A DNA stretch of 64,000 bases from the human T2T-CHM13v2.0 reference genome, Homo sapiens, in the NCBI RefSeq assembly GCF_009914755.1, contig NC_060925.1. One strand, 5' to 3'. This document shows, one piece after another, positions 12,949 through 23,900 of this stretch; position 1 is the stretch's first letter; each line of letters opens with the position of its first letter. The notes under the pieces are model-generated. The model was given only the letters and a program-made list of their open reading frames with translations, ran no database searches and had not been told where the DNA came from. A program made the translations under genes and the position numbers.

Positions 12949-14133
12949 TGACACCACCTTTGCAAAATTATGGCAGTAAGAGAAATCTAACATAGTTGAC
13001 TCCATCTTGCTTCTGACCTCCAAGCTCTCCTTGGTCATTCTTGCTTGTAGACCAAGTTAACTTTGGGTGTAATTTAGTTTATGGTTTATCTTAAAAGCAA
13101 AGATTATAATAGTCCCTTTCTAAAACTAACCCCCTCCTTGCTAAGGGACCGAGAACAACCTTTGCAAGACTAATGAAAAGCCACACTAATAGGATTTATA
13201 TGGTTTGGCTGTGTCCCCACCAAACTCTCGTCTTGAATTGTAGCTCCCATAATTCCCTTGTGTTGTGGGAGGGACCCAGTGGGAGATAATTGAATCATGG
13301 GAGCAGTTTCCTCCATGCTGTTTGTGTGTTAGTGAATAAGTCTCATGAGATCTGATGATTTTATAGTGGGAAACCCCTTTGGCTTGGCTCTCATTCTCTT
13401 CTCTTGTCTGCTACCATGTGAGACATGCTTTTCACCTTCTGTCATGATTGTGAGGCCTCCCCAGCAATGTGGAACTGTGAGTCCATTGGACCTCTTTTGT
13501 TTTGTAAATTGCCGAGTCTCCGGTATGTCTTTATCAGCAGCCTGAAAAAGGACTAAAACAAGGACTATGGGAGGGGTCTGAACTCTGCTAAAGTGTAGGC
13601 ATGCTTTTTGTAATCTGTCACTTGCTCAGCAGTCATATGTCCAGGCCAGAGTTCACAAAATAGGATAATTTCTATAATCCTTTATTGCTCAGGGGTCTTG
13701 TGGTCAAACATCACAAGATTGCCACTTCCCAGTTGTCCCTATACATAACATCACTATTGTAGAACCTAAGATTGATTTTTTTTAAGATAATTTTCACACA
13801 GACCCAACCTGGACCCCTATAACTCATGATTCAGCTGGTCTTGTGGCCCCATACGGAGGTGGACTCAGGGCAGAAGGACCATTTTCCACACCCCTATGAT
13901 TTTATTTCCAAGCAATCAGCAGCACCCATTCCGTAGCCGCCCTACCCACCAATTTGCCCATAAAACCCCTAACTTCTGAGCCTTCAGTGAGACTGATTTG
14001 AGTAATAAAACTCCAGTTCTTCCATGTGGGCTTGGCCTTGTGTCAATTAAAATCTTTTTCTACTGCAATGCCATAGTATGAGTAAATTCATCCTGTCTGT
14101 GTGGTAGGCAGGAAGAGCCCATTGGGCGATTAA
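12949..14133 (+). mobile_element. LTR8-family ERV1 LTR (interrupted by THE1)
   Basis: Starts 'tgacaccacctttgcaaaattatgg...gactccatcttgcttctgacctccaagct'; ends 'gaagagcccattgggcgattaa'. Confidence 0.85.
13196..13560 (+). mobile_element. THE1 (THE1B-like) solo LTR
   Basis: 'atatggtttggctgtgtccccacc...ctttatcagcagcctgaaaaaggactaaaaca'; 5-bp TSD aggat/aggac. Confidence 0.93.
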
Positions 14134-14202
14134 GTTTTGGGTGAGGGATGAGTAGATTTTGCGTTCATAAAGGATGTGGATCATTGTCAAAAAGAAAGCA
14201 GA

Positions 14203-14752
14203 CACTAGTTATTTACAAAGATGGTCTGAAAATGAGCCATACTTCTCAATATTCATAATACATTCTGTCCCCTCCCCTAGAATCTGGGCTGGCTCAGAAT
14301 TTTGACCAATAAAACGGTCAAATGTTTCTATGTGATTTCCAAGGCTTGGTATTAAGAAATCTTCAGCTATACCTGGGTCTCTTGGAACACACTCTTGGAT
14401 ACACCCAGTGGGAACTTAACTCAACTTCTGTACAGTGAGAGACTCAAGACACATGGAGAGAACATGGATATGTATTCCTATTAATACCCCTAGGTGAGCT
14501 TCCAGCTAATAGCCAGAATCAATTGCTTGCCATTGAGTGAGGCTTGTTGGAAACCCAGTTCACTGGAACTTTCAGATGTCCCCAGCCCAGCTGATAACAG
14601 GTTATAACCATATCAGAAATCTCAACTCAAAACCACTCGCTGGCCCCAATCAATAAACATCACTGTGAAAGAGAATAATAAATTTTTGTTTTGAGTCATT
14701 CGAAGTCTCTAAGTTTCAGGTAGTTTGTTACACATGGGGATTTCATAAGAAC
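14203..14752 (+). mobile_element. MLT1 (G/H-like) LTR
   Basis: 'ccctcccctagaatctgggctgg...ttgaccaataaaa...ccacagcccagctga-like...ctaagtttcaggtagtttgttacaca'. Confidence 0.75.
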
Positions 14753-16673
14753 AGATACAATATTTTCTATGTACATATTCTAATTTCCACTGTAGCTCAT
14801 AAGCTTCTTCAGAACATGATCTATATTATAGATATCTTTGTATCCACAGTAGTGTGTAGCAAGTTTTATACATTTTGTTATGTATATTACTCAATATTTA
14901 TTGAGTGAATAAACAGATTATTTCTTATACTGTTAATTATCCCACAGAAACTGTACTTGGTTTTTAACAAAGCAAATCAAGTAAATCCCCTTTTAGCAGA
15001 TCTGCTTAGTAGAAATTCTTTGTTTCCTTCATCTGAGAATGTCTTTATTTTAACCTTCATTCCTGAAGGATATTTTCACTGGACATAGAATTCTAGGATG
15101 AAAATTCTTTATTTTCAGCATCTAAAAAAATATTCCACTTTCCTCTGGCCCACATGGTTGCTGAGGAAAAATCCACATTCATTAGAATCTCATGCACCTA
15201 CATACTATGCATCAATTTTTATTTTTCTGTCTGTTTTTAAAAGTATTCTCCTTGGTCAGTAGTTTGAGCAGTTTTATTATGATGTGTTTTAGCATGGATT
15301 TCTTTCAGCTTATCCTCTTTAGGATTTTCTGAGTTGCTCAAATGTATAAGTTTAGACCTTTCAACAAATTTGGGAAATTTTCAGCCATTCAAATATTTTT
15401 TATACACCACACTCTTTCTCCTCTCCTTTTTTGACTCCAGTGACACAAATGTCAGATGTTTTAGTTTTATCCCAGTCCCTGGGGTTCTGTTCCTTCTTTT
15501 TTTCCAATCATTTTACTCTCTAGAGTTCAGATTGGATAATTTTTCATTATTTATCTTCAAGTTCACTGACTCCTTTGCCATTTCAATTCTGTTATTGAGT
15601 CCAACGAGTAAATTTTTAAAATTTGGTTATTGTTCTAAAATTTTCCACTTATAGCTCTAAAATTTTCTGTTGGTTTTGTTTCTATCTTATCTTTGTTGAG
15701 ACTTTATTTTCCTATTTGCTTAAAAGTGTTCAGTCTTATTTCTTGAGAGTTATTTCTGAAGACTTATAATGACTTTAATGTCTTTGTCTTGTAATTTCAA
15801 CATGTGTGTCCTTTCAGCATTGGCATCTGTTGTCTTTTCTTTTGTGAGCTGAGATTTGCTTTGTTCTTCATATACTAGTTCTTCATTTAGATGATATTCT
15901 GGACCTTTTGAATATTATGTTACAGACTCTAGGTCTCATTTAAATCTTAGGATTATGGTGGATTTTTATTGTCTAGTTTTGTTTTAGTAGGCAAGAAACA
16001 AACTTAACTTCAGGGTACCTTTTTCCAGCACCACCTACTGTGGGCTATTGTCCCACTGAAAATATTTTTGACAACTCAGTGGCTGGTCTGGAACCTGGGA
16101 AGTTGTGTAGACTATAGTTTTTAATGCCTTTGGTATGCTGTTTGGGGTCAGATCCATGCAAGTGCAGCATGGGAATGTGAGTCCAGTAGTTCATACACTA
16201 GTTTAAGCAATAGCTGCCTTAGAATTCCCTTCTCCCTGCGGTCTCAGAACTTTCTGCTTGCCTGTGCTTTCATTTCATGATCCTGTAGTCAGAAAGCCAG
16301 GCTTTGGGTTTTCCTGTTTTGCCACTTCTGAAAATTGAGACTGCATCTAGCACGAAGCAATAGGAGGACAGAGAGAGAATATGACTCAAAGTAAATTCAT
16401 ACCTTGCCTTTAGAATCACTATTCCTTTTGTCAAAAAAAAAAAAGGTCTCCACCTTGTAGTATTTTAGATGTTGCCCAGACTCTGTGCCTGGGAAAAAGG
16501 ATAGTGAGAGAGAAAAGAAAAGAAAACAGGGATTTACCCCATTCTTTTTAGACTTTAGGAGTCTTGTTTACAACTTCATGGTACAAAAAATGAGACCCCC
16601 TCTGTCCCCACCAGTTGGTACTTCTAGGTGTCAGGTTGGCTTTGAGTCTACGGCATATGGCAGGAGATACTGG

Positions 16674-17320
16674 TGTGTCCAGAATTGGTTCCTTCCAATG
16701 GGTTCTTGGTCTTGCTGACTTCAAGAATGAAGCCACAGACCCTCGCAGTGAGTGTTACAGTTCTTAAAGATGGTGTGTCTGGAGTTTGTTCCTTCAGATG
16801 TTCAGATGTGTCCAGAATTTCTTCCTTCCAGTGGGTTCGTGGTCTCACTGACTTCAGGAGGGAAGCCACAGACCTTCGCAGTGAGTGTTACAGCTCTTAA
16901 AAGTAATGTGGACCCAAAGAATGAGCAGCAGCAAGATCTATTGTGAAGAGTGAAAGAACAAAGCTTCCACAGTGTAGAAGGGGACCTGAGCAGGTTGCTG
17001 CTGTTGGCTGGGGTGGCCAGCTTTTATTCCTTTATTTGGCCCTGCCCACATCCTGCTGATTGGTCCATTTTACAGAGCGCTGATTGGTCCATTTTACAGA
17101 GCACTGATTGGTTCATTTTACAGAGTGCTGATTGGTGCATTTACAATCCTTTTGCTAGACACAGAGTACTGATTGGTGCATTTTTACAGAGTGTTGATTG
17201 GTGCATTTACAATCGTTTAGCTAGACACAGAGGGCTGATTGGTGTGTTTACAATCCTCTAGCTAGACAGAAAAGTTCTCCAAGTCCCCACTTGACCCAGG
17301 AAGGGTGGCTTCACTTCTCA
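16674..17320 (-). mobile_element. LTR12 (ERV9) solo LTR
   Basis: Minus strand TGAGAAGTGAAGCC...CCAATTCTGGACACA; seven CCAATCA repeats at 17056-17245; duplicated U5 units; perfect 4-bp TSD ctgg (16670-16673 / 17321-17324). Confidence 0.96.
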
Positions 17321-17358
17321 CTGGTAGGGGGAAAAAAAGAGACATTAATCTCTGGTTT

Positions 17359-18061
17359 TGTTACAGTAGGTATCTAGTCTGGCATAAGCAGGGCAGGAGA
17401 GGGCTCACCCTAATCAAGAATGTCAGGTGACCATCAGTTGATGGTCAGGCTGTTGTTAAACTGTCTCTCTGAAATAATAATTGATCACAGCCAGCACCAG
17501 GGAAAGGCAGTCTCCCAGTAGATAGAAAATACCTGAAACTGGTGATCAGCAGCTTCCCAATAAGATCTCAGGAGATGGGTGAATGGGATCAAGGAGGTGC
17601 ACTAAGTGGCAAAATGGTGGAGTTTAACTGGTATATGACATTGGAATGGTAAGGGAAGAATGCCTCAAGTGAGCATGCATACAACTCCAGTAAACACACT
17701 GCACATGCTCACCTCCCAAGTGCTAGCAGGCCACTGTGCGTGTGGACAGCCCACCTTAAGGGAAGAATCAGGGAGAAGGGACACAAGACTCTGGAAGCAT
17801 GCCAACATCTAAAACCCCAGGTCAAAAGGTCAAACTGTACACTTAGTCTCTCAAATCACCCGCTTGGCCCTCTTCTAAGTGTACTTTGCCTCCTTTCATT
17901 CCTGCTCCAAAGCTTTTTAATAAACGTTCACTCCTGCTCTAAAACTTTGAGTCTGTGTCAGGTCTCTCCTTCTGCCTTAAGCTCCCTTGCCCAAATTCTT
18001 TCTTCTGAGGAGGCAAGAATTGAGGTTACTGCAGACCTTTATGGATTCACCACCGCTAACA
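17359..18061 (+). mobile_element. MER50 solo LTR
   Basis: 'tgttacagtaggtatctagtctggcataagcagggcaggagagggc...aataaa...gaggttactgcagacc...ccgctaaca'; TSD gttt/cttt. Confidence 0.9.
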
Positions 18062-19361
18062 CTTTTGGGATTACATCAAATTCTGGACTCCTTCACAAAT
18101 CTCCCCATTACCATTTACTTTTTAGTCTTCAGATGTCTTCTCTATTCCTTCTGTTCAGAGGTTATATTTATGTTCAGTTGGAGAGCCAGGGTAGTGGGCT
18201 TACTTCGTCTTGCCCAGAAGTGAAATCTCTACAGAAATTATTTGAACAAATATTTAGAGAAAATAGAAATAGCTTTTTATATGCTATAGCCAAGGTCTAA
18301 AATAATTCCCATCATTAAATGAACATATACAATATTCTCAATGTATTTTTATAATATATGACCTTCATAAAAGCACTCTCATAATTTAATCATTTTAATA
18401 TGATCTTTGTATTTATCTTTAAGTAATCACATTTTAAATTAAGACAATCATTTTCCTGTGATAGATTTCAATTTGTTAAATGTTATAGGTATTTAGATTT
18501 GTTAAATGTCAAATTATTTTCCCTAAAGCCAAATAAAAATATTAACCACAGAGAAAAAAATTAAAAAACAGAAAGAAAAAAATAATAAGAAAAATAATCA
18601 CAGGGGAAAATAGTGAAATGGTAATAGGGATTAAAATGTGCAAAAATTTAGCCATTCAATATATTTGGATACAGTAATCTGTTAAACATATTGCCATTTA
18701 TTTTTCTCAATACCTGGATTCCTGATTGAAAGCTTCATTTTTCACTGTGCTGTGGGCATTGTTCCATTCCTTCAAATAGAAAAATGAGTTCATGTATCAG
18801 AAAACAAATTAAAATTTAAGAGAAAAAGGGCCCCACCAGGACACTGGTGAAAGCCAACCAAGAAAAAGAAATATAAGGAAATGCAAATCAGTCTTTCTTG
18901 TTAAGCAAATCTAAAGCACTGCTTAAAGACTTTGCATAAGGGAAATACACTCTTCTTGCCAGCTGTGGTTTCTGCCTATTGTTGAGTCTAATGAATGGTT
19001 ATTTTCCTTCTGATGTTTATTCTAGAATAACAATTAAGGTCATTGATCTCAAATTCTAGGTTGTTATTGCCAATCATCCACCCACAATTTTATATTGTCT
19101 TATTTTTACATAATGTTTTTAAGTTTCTTCAAGTCTGCAAATAACAATTTTTTTAAAAGAAAGATTTCTTAGGTTTTCAAGCAATCATTTGTCACTCTAT
19201 AACCAAAGCTAAAAATCCAAGACAGCACATTTTCTTAGGTTTTCTTTTGACATTGTTAGGAATATTTTTATTGTTTTATTTTTAAGTCACATGCTAACAA
19301 CCTGTTTTTCTCTGCTAAGCTTCATAACATCTTTATGGAGAAGTAAAGCATGTTTTTGGAA

Positions 19362-19597
19362 ATATATACATATATATGTATATATATATACATATATATG
19401 TATATATATATACATATATATGTGTATATATGTGTATATATATGTATATATATACACATATATATGTGTATATATGTATATATATGTATATATATACATA
19501 TATATGTGTATATATATACATATATATGTGTATATATATATACACACATATATATGTGTATATATATATACACATATATATATATATATATATATAT
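19362..19597. repeat. 236-bp compound (TA/TG/CA)n tract
   Basis: Uninterrupted purine-pyrimidine alternation. Confidence 0.97.
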
Positions 19598-20087
19598 TTT
19601 AAATGGAAGAAAATGTTGTTTACATTGATAGGTTAAAACCTGGTTCACAATGCCCGTAGTAAAATGCTTATTTTCCTTGCTTTTTATTTTTTATCTGAAT
19701 GCAAAAATATGATACATCTCCTAAGTGATAAAATAATTTCATTGGATTTCAAGGAAAATAGATGTTAGATTAATCTGGATCTAACCTTCTTATCACCATA
19801 AGCTTTAATAAAACAGAAGCTTTACATCAGCAATATAAGGAAAGTATAAGAAGCTTTAGAAAAGGGTCATGTTGCTCAACCTGGCTCTGAAGAAAAAAAA
19901 TTATATCCACATGCACATCGTCTGTGCTCTATCAGCAAATGTTCCAAAATATCCCCATCTTAAGCCCTTCTTTTCATCTTGTTCTTGGTGTTGCCTTATC
20001 TTTGTCTCTCTACATCAGTAAGAGCATTCTAACATGCTGGATAGAACAAGTAAGCAGCTTTGAACATTTACATCAAAAATTTTATGC

Positions 20088-20727
20088 TATTAGAGGAAAC
20101 CAAAAATATTTCACCCCAAAAGATACTTCTTTGACATATTTTGAGATGGTTGCTCAGAAGGCTTGCAGACAGGAATAGCCTTGAAAAGCTGCCTTTTGTG
20201 GAGATTTTTTATCTGCAGAGAAAAATCTACATTATTGAAATAAATAGGCTTTCTTTGAGCATCCCCTTATCCCCATTGTCCAGATCAAGGAAAGATGAAC
20301 TCAACCACAGGCTACCATCATTTTTTTCTGAGGGTAGCTCTGAAATTACCTGACATATTTTCATCTGTATAACATGACAGCCTTTGTTTGACGTGCTTTC
20401 CCCCCTTCACTCTCCTATAACCTGTGAGCTATCTCCCCATAACCCAGATAAATTTGGCCCTAGACCACTGTTTTTGAGCTTATTCATTTCCCCTGGAAAT
20501 AATTTACTTCTACACCTTGAACCCTCATCTTCTGTCTTCCCAATAAATGAAGGGGATATTTCAGCATCGACCATCTGGCTCTCCTTTGAGTTTTCACATT
20601 TTATGACTTCCATGCCCATTTACACATTAATAAATTGGTATGCCTTTTTTCCTGTTAACCTGTTATCATTTTGTTTTATACACTCAAATTGTTGAAACTT
20701 CAGGAAAAATAATTAAACTTTCCTACA
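20088..20727 (+). mobile_element. ERV1 solo LTR (MER39/MER34/LTR29 group)
   Basis: 'ggaaaccaaaaatatttcaccccaaaagatacttctttgacatattttgagatgg...aataaa...tttcctaca'. Confidence 0.8.
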
Positions 20728-20769
20728 TCATCTATGAAAAGATTACCTTAATTTTAAAGTAAGCAAATG

Positions 20770-20895
20770 AGCTGGCCATAGTAGTGTATGCCTGTAATCC
20801 CAGTTACTCAGGAGGGATAGGTGGAAGGACTGCTTGAGCCCAGGAATTTCAGACCAGTCTGGGAAACATAGTGAGACCCGCCTTTCAGGAAAAAG
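20770..20895 (+). mobile_element. Alu monomer (FLAM-like)
   Basis: Single Alu arm: 'tgcctgtaatcccagttactcaggagg...cttgagcccaggaatttcagaccagtctgggaaacatagtgagaccc'. Confidence 0.85.
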
Positions 20896-20999
20896 AGAGA
20901 AAGAGAGAGAAATTTAAAAATATAAATAAAATAAGCTAAAGAATCAAGGGAATTTGATCTGATATAGATGATATCAAGCTTGTTTAAAAATTTTTACTA

Positions 21000-23900
21000 G
21001 GATTTGTCGTTCCAAAATGGCAATATAGAAGCAAGCTGTCTTCATTCTCCCCACAAAAGCAAACGAAAAGAAAATATGTGGTGTCAAGTTTATTACCAGA
21101 AATCTCCCAGAACTCATACATGACAATGAGACAAATCCCCAAGCCACAGAGAAGTGAAAACAATTCCATGTGGTTGGTAAGAGAATTGAATTTCCAAGTC
21201 CACGATGCCTTTGCCCCAATTCTGTCTGGCAGGAAGCTTGTGGAAAAATTTCCCACAACTCACTGTTTCTACACTAAAAACAGATTTAAATGTATAATGA
21301 GCTTTTTCATTACCTTGTTTTCCCTGGCGGAAGACCCATTACTGCTTTAACTCACAGAAGCATCGTGAGTGCCTCAAGGGAGAAATGTCCCTGAGGACAG
21401 CCAGAAGCAAAGCAGGGAGGTGGAACTACCATCCCCAGCCCTGGAAACTCTGCTTTGTAACTCAGCCAAAAGAGACACCACATCAGAGTAGCTGTTCAAC
21501 AGCACCACACTGTAGTTTTGTCTCATAGGGTCCCTAGGAACAAACCCTAAGCCAGACTTCCCAAGCTGCTGAGATGTCACCTCTGGGACTGCCCCCATTT
21601 AAGAAGGGCAGCTTTTCCATCATCTACTAGAGCTGAGGCAAACTTGGGCTTGAGGCATCATCTAGAGCTGAAAAAGACACAGTGACCAAATGGTAGAGAA
21701 GCTATAAACAAATATATCCAATAAAAACCCAAACAAGCCAGATAGAGAAGACTAGAATAAATTACTAATCCTTCAATGGAAAGACATCAATGGACATCTG
21801 CAAGAAACAACAACAGAGAACAATGATCTCCCCAAGTGGACAAAATAAGAAACAAGTAACTGACCCTAACAGGATGGCAATATGTGAGTTCTCTGCCAAG
21901 AATTCAGAATGGTAGTTTGAAGGAAATTTGGGATCTCAAGGATAATACAGAAAAGCAATTCAGAAACTTGTCAGTGAAGTTCAACAAAGATATTGAAATG
22001 TTAATTTAAAAAACAGCAAAAACCTTGGGACTAAGAAATATATTTGCTAAACTAAAAAATTCATTAGAGGCTCTCAACATCAGAATGGGTCAAACAGAAG
22101 AAAGATACAGTGAATTAGATGTCAGGCTATTTGAAATTACACAATCATAAGAGAAAAAAGAAGACAGAATGAAAAGCAATGAAGATTTCCTACAAAATAT
22201 AGAAAATTACTTCAAAAAGCCAAATCAAAGAATCATTGGTTTTCAAGAAGGATTTGAACAAGAACAAAAGGTAGAAAGGTTATTCAAATAAACAATATCA
22301 GAAAACTTTCCCAAACTTAAGAAAAATACAAATATGCAGTAACAGGAACGTCAGAGAACACCAAACAGATCTGACACAAATAAGACAACCCCAAGGCATA
22401 TAATAATCAAACTAGAAAAGGTTAAAAACAAAGATGCAGTGGCTGACACCTGTAATCCCAGCACTTTGGGAGGCTGATATGGGCAATCACTTGAAGCCAG
22501 GAGTTTGAGACCAGCCTGGCCAACATAGTGAAACACTGTGTCTACTAAAAATACAAAAATTAGCCAGGTGTGTAATCCCAGCTACCTGTAATCCCAGCTA
22601 CTCAGGTGGCTGAAGCAGGACAGTTGCTTGAATTTAGGAGGTAGAGGTTGCAGTGAGCCAAGATTGTGCTACTGCATTCTAGCCTGGGCAAAAAAAAAAA
22701 AAAAAAAAAAAAAGAAAAAAAAAAGGTTAAAGACAAAGAGAGAATCCTAAAAGCATCAAGAGAAAAGAAGGCAATGGCATATAAAGCTGTTCCAATTTAT
22801 CTGGCTGCAAAATTCTCAACAGAAACTTGCTTTGGGCCAGGAGGGAAAAGAATGATATTTTCAAAGTGCTAAAAATAAAAATAAAATAAACAACTGCCAT
22901 CCAAGAATACTGTGTCTATCAAAGTTATCCTTCAAAGTTATCTTTCCCAGACCAAAGCTGAGAGAATTTATCACCACCAGACCTATCTTACAAGAAATGC
23001 TAAAAGGAGTTCTTCAATCTGAAAGAAACAAAAACCAAAACACTAATACGCAAAACACACACACACACAAACACCACAGATTTGAAGGTATACAACCCAC
23101 TGGTAAAATTAAGTATACAGACAAATTCAGATACACTCTTACTGTAGTTGCGTGCAATCAATTCATAACTTGAATATGCAGCCCTCAAAATAAATCTATC
23201 AGTAGCTAGAGAAACCTGCTGAGAGACAGGTAATAATAAAATATGTAAATTGAGAAGACTAAAAGTCAAAATATGGAGAAATAGTTAAGTGTAGAAATTT
23301 TTTTATTTCTATTTTTCTTTGTGATCTAAGATAAGTTGTTAACTCTTTGAAATAATTTTTTATATCTATGTTTTCTTGTAAGCCTCATGGTAGCCATGAT
23401 GCAAAAGCCTATAATAGATTCACTTAAAATAAAAACTAAGGCATTAAAACTTACTACCTGAGAAAGTCACTTAACCGCAGAGGAAGATAGCAAGAAACTA
23501 AGAATAAAAGAGAGTAGTTACAAAACCACCAGCAAACAAGCAACAAAACGGCAGTAGTAAGTCCTTACTTATCAATTATAACACTAAATATAAATGGACT
23601 CAATTCTCCAATTAAAAGGCATAAAGTGGCTGAATGTATAAAGAAACAAGACCTGACTATATACTGCCTACGAGAAACCCACTTCACCTATAAAGCAACA
23701 CATAGATTGAAAGTGTAGGGGTAGAAAAAGATATTCCATGCAACTGGAAACCAAAAAAAGGGCAAGAGTAGCAATATTTTAGATAAAATAGACTGCATAT
23801 CTAGGACTGTAAAAAGAGATAAAGAAGGTCAGTATAAACTGAGAAAGGGATCAGTTCAGCAAGAGGAGATAGCAATTATAAATATCTATACACCCAACAG

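Larger units (their letters stand above)
11770..14200 (+). mobile_element. MaLR (MLT1-type) internal sequence, split by the LTR8/THE1 insertion
   Basis: Degenerate MLT-int-like sequence leading into the MLT1 LTR at ~14203. Confidence 0.55.
14990..18225 (-). mobile_element. Old L1M 5'UTR/ORF1 region, interrupted by LTR12 and MER50
   Basis: 'ctgagaatgtctttatt...tgaaggatattttcactggacatagaattctagg' antisense ORF1; L1-type 5' start (rev. comp. cttctgggcaagacg) near 18220. Confidence 0.7.

Noticed and set aside
17050-17260. Regularly spaced short direct repeats resembling a CRISPR array
   Set aside because: They are the CCAAT-containing U3 repeats of LTR12; no unique spacers, no cas genes, eukaryotic DNA
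17740-18300. 186-aa ORF
   Set aside because: Starts at GTG and runs across the MER50 LTR into old L1 sequence; no recognisable domain or coding features
19287-19648. Six overlapping Tyr/Ile-rich ORFs
   Set aside because: Artefact of the RY-alternating microsatellite, which cannot encode stop codons
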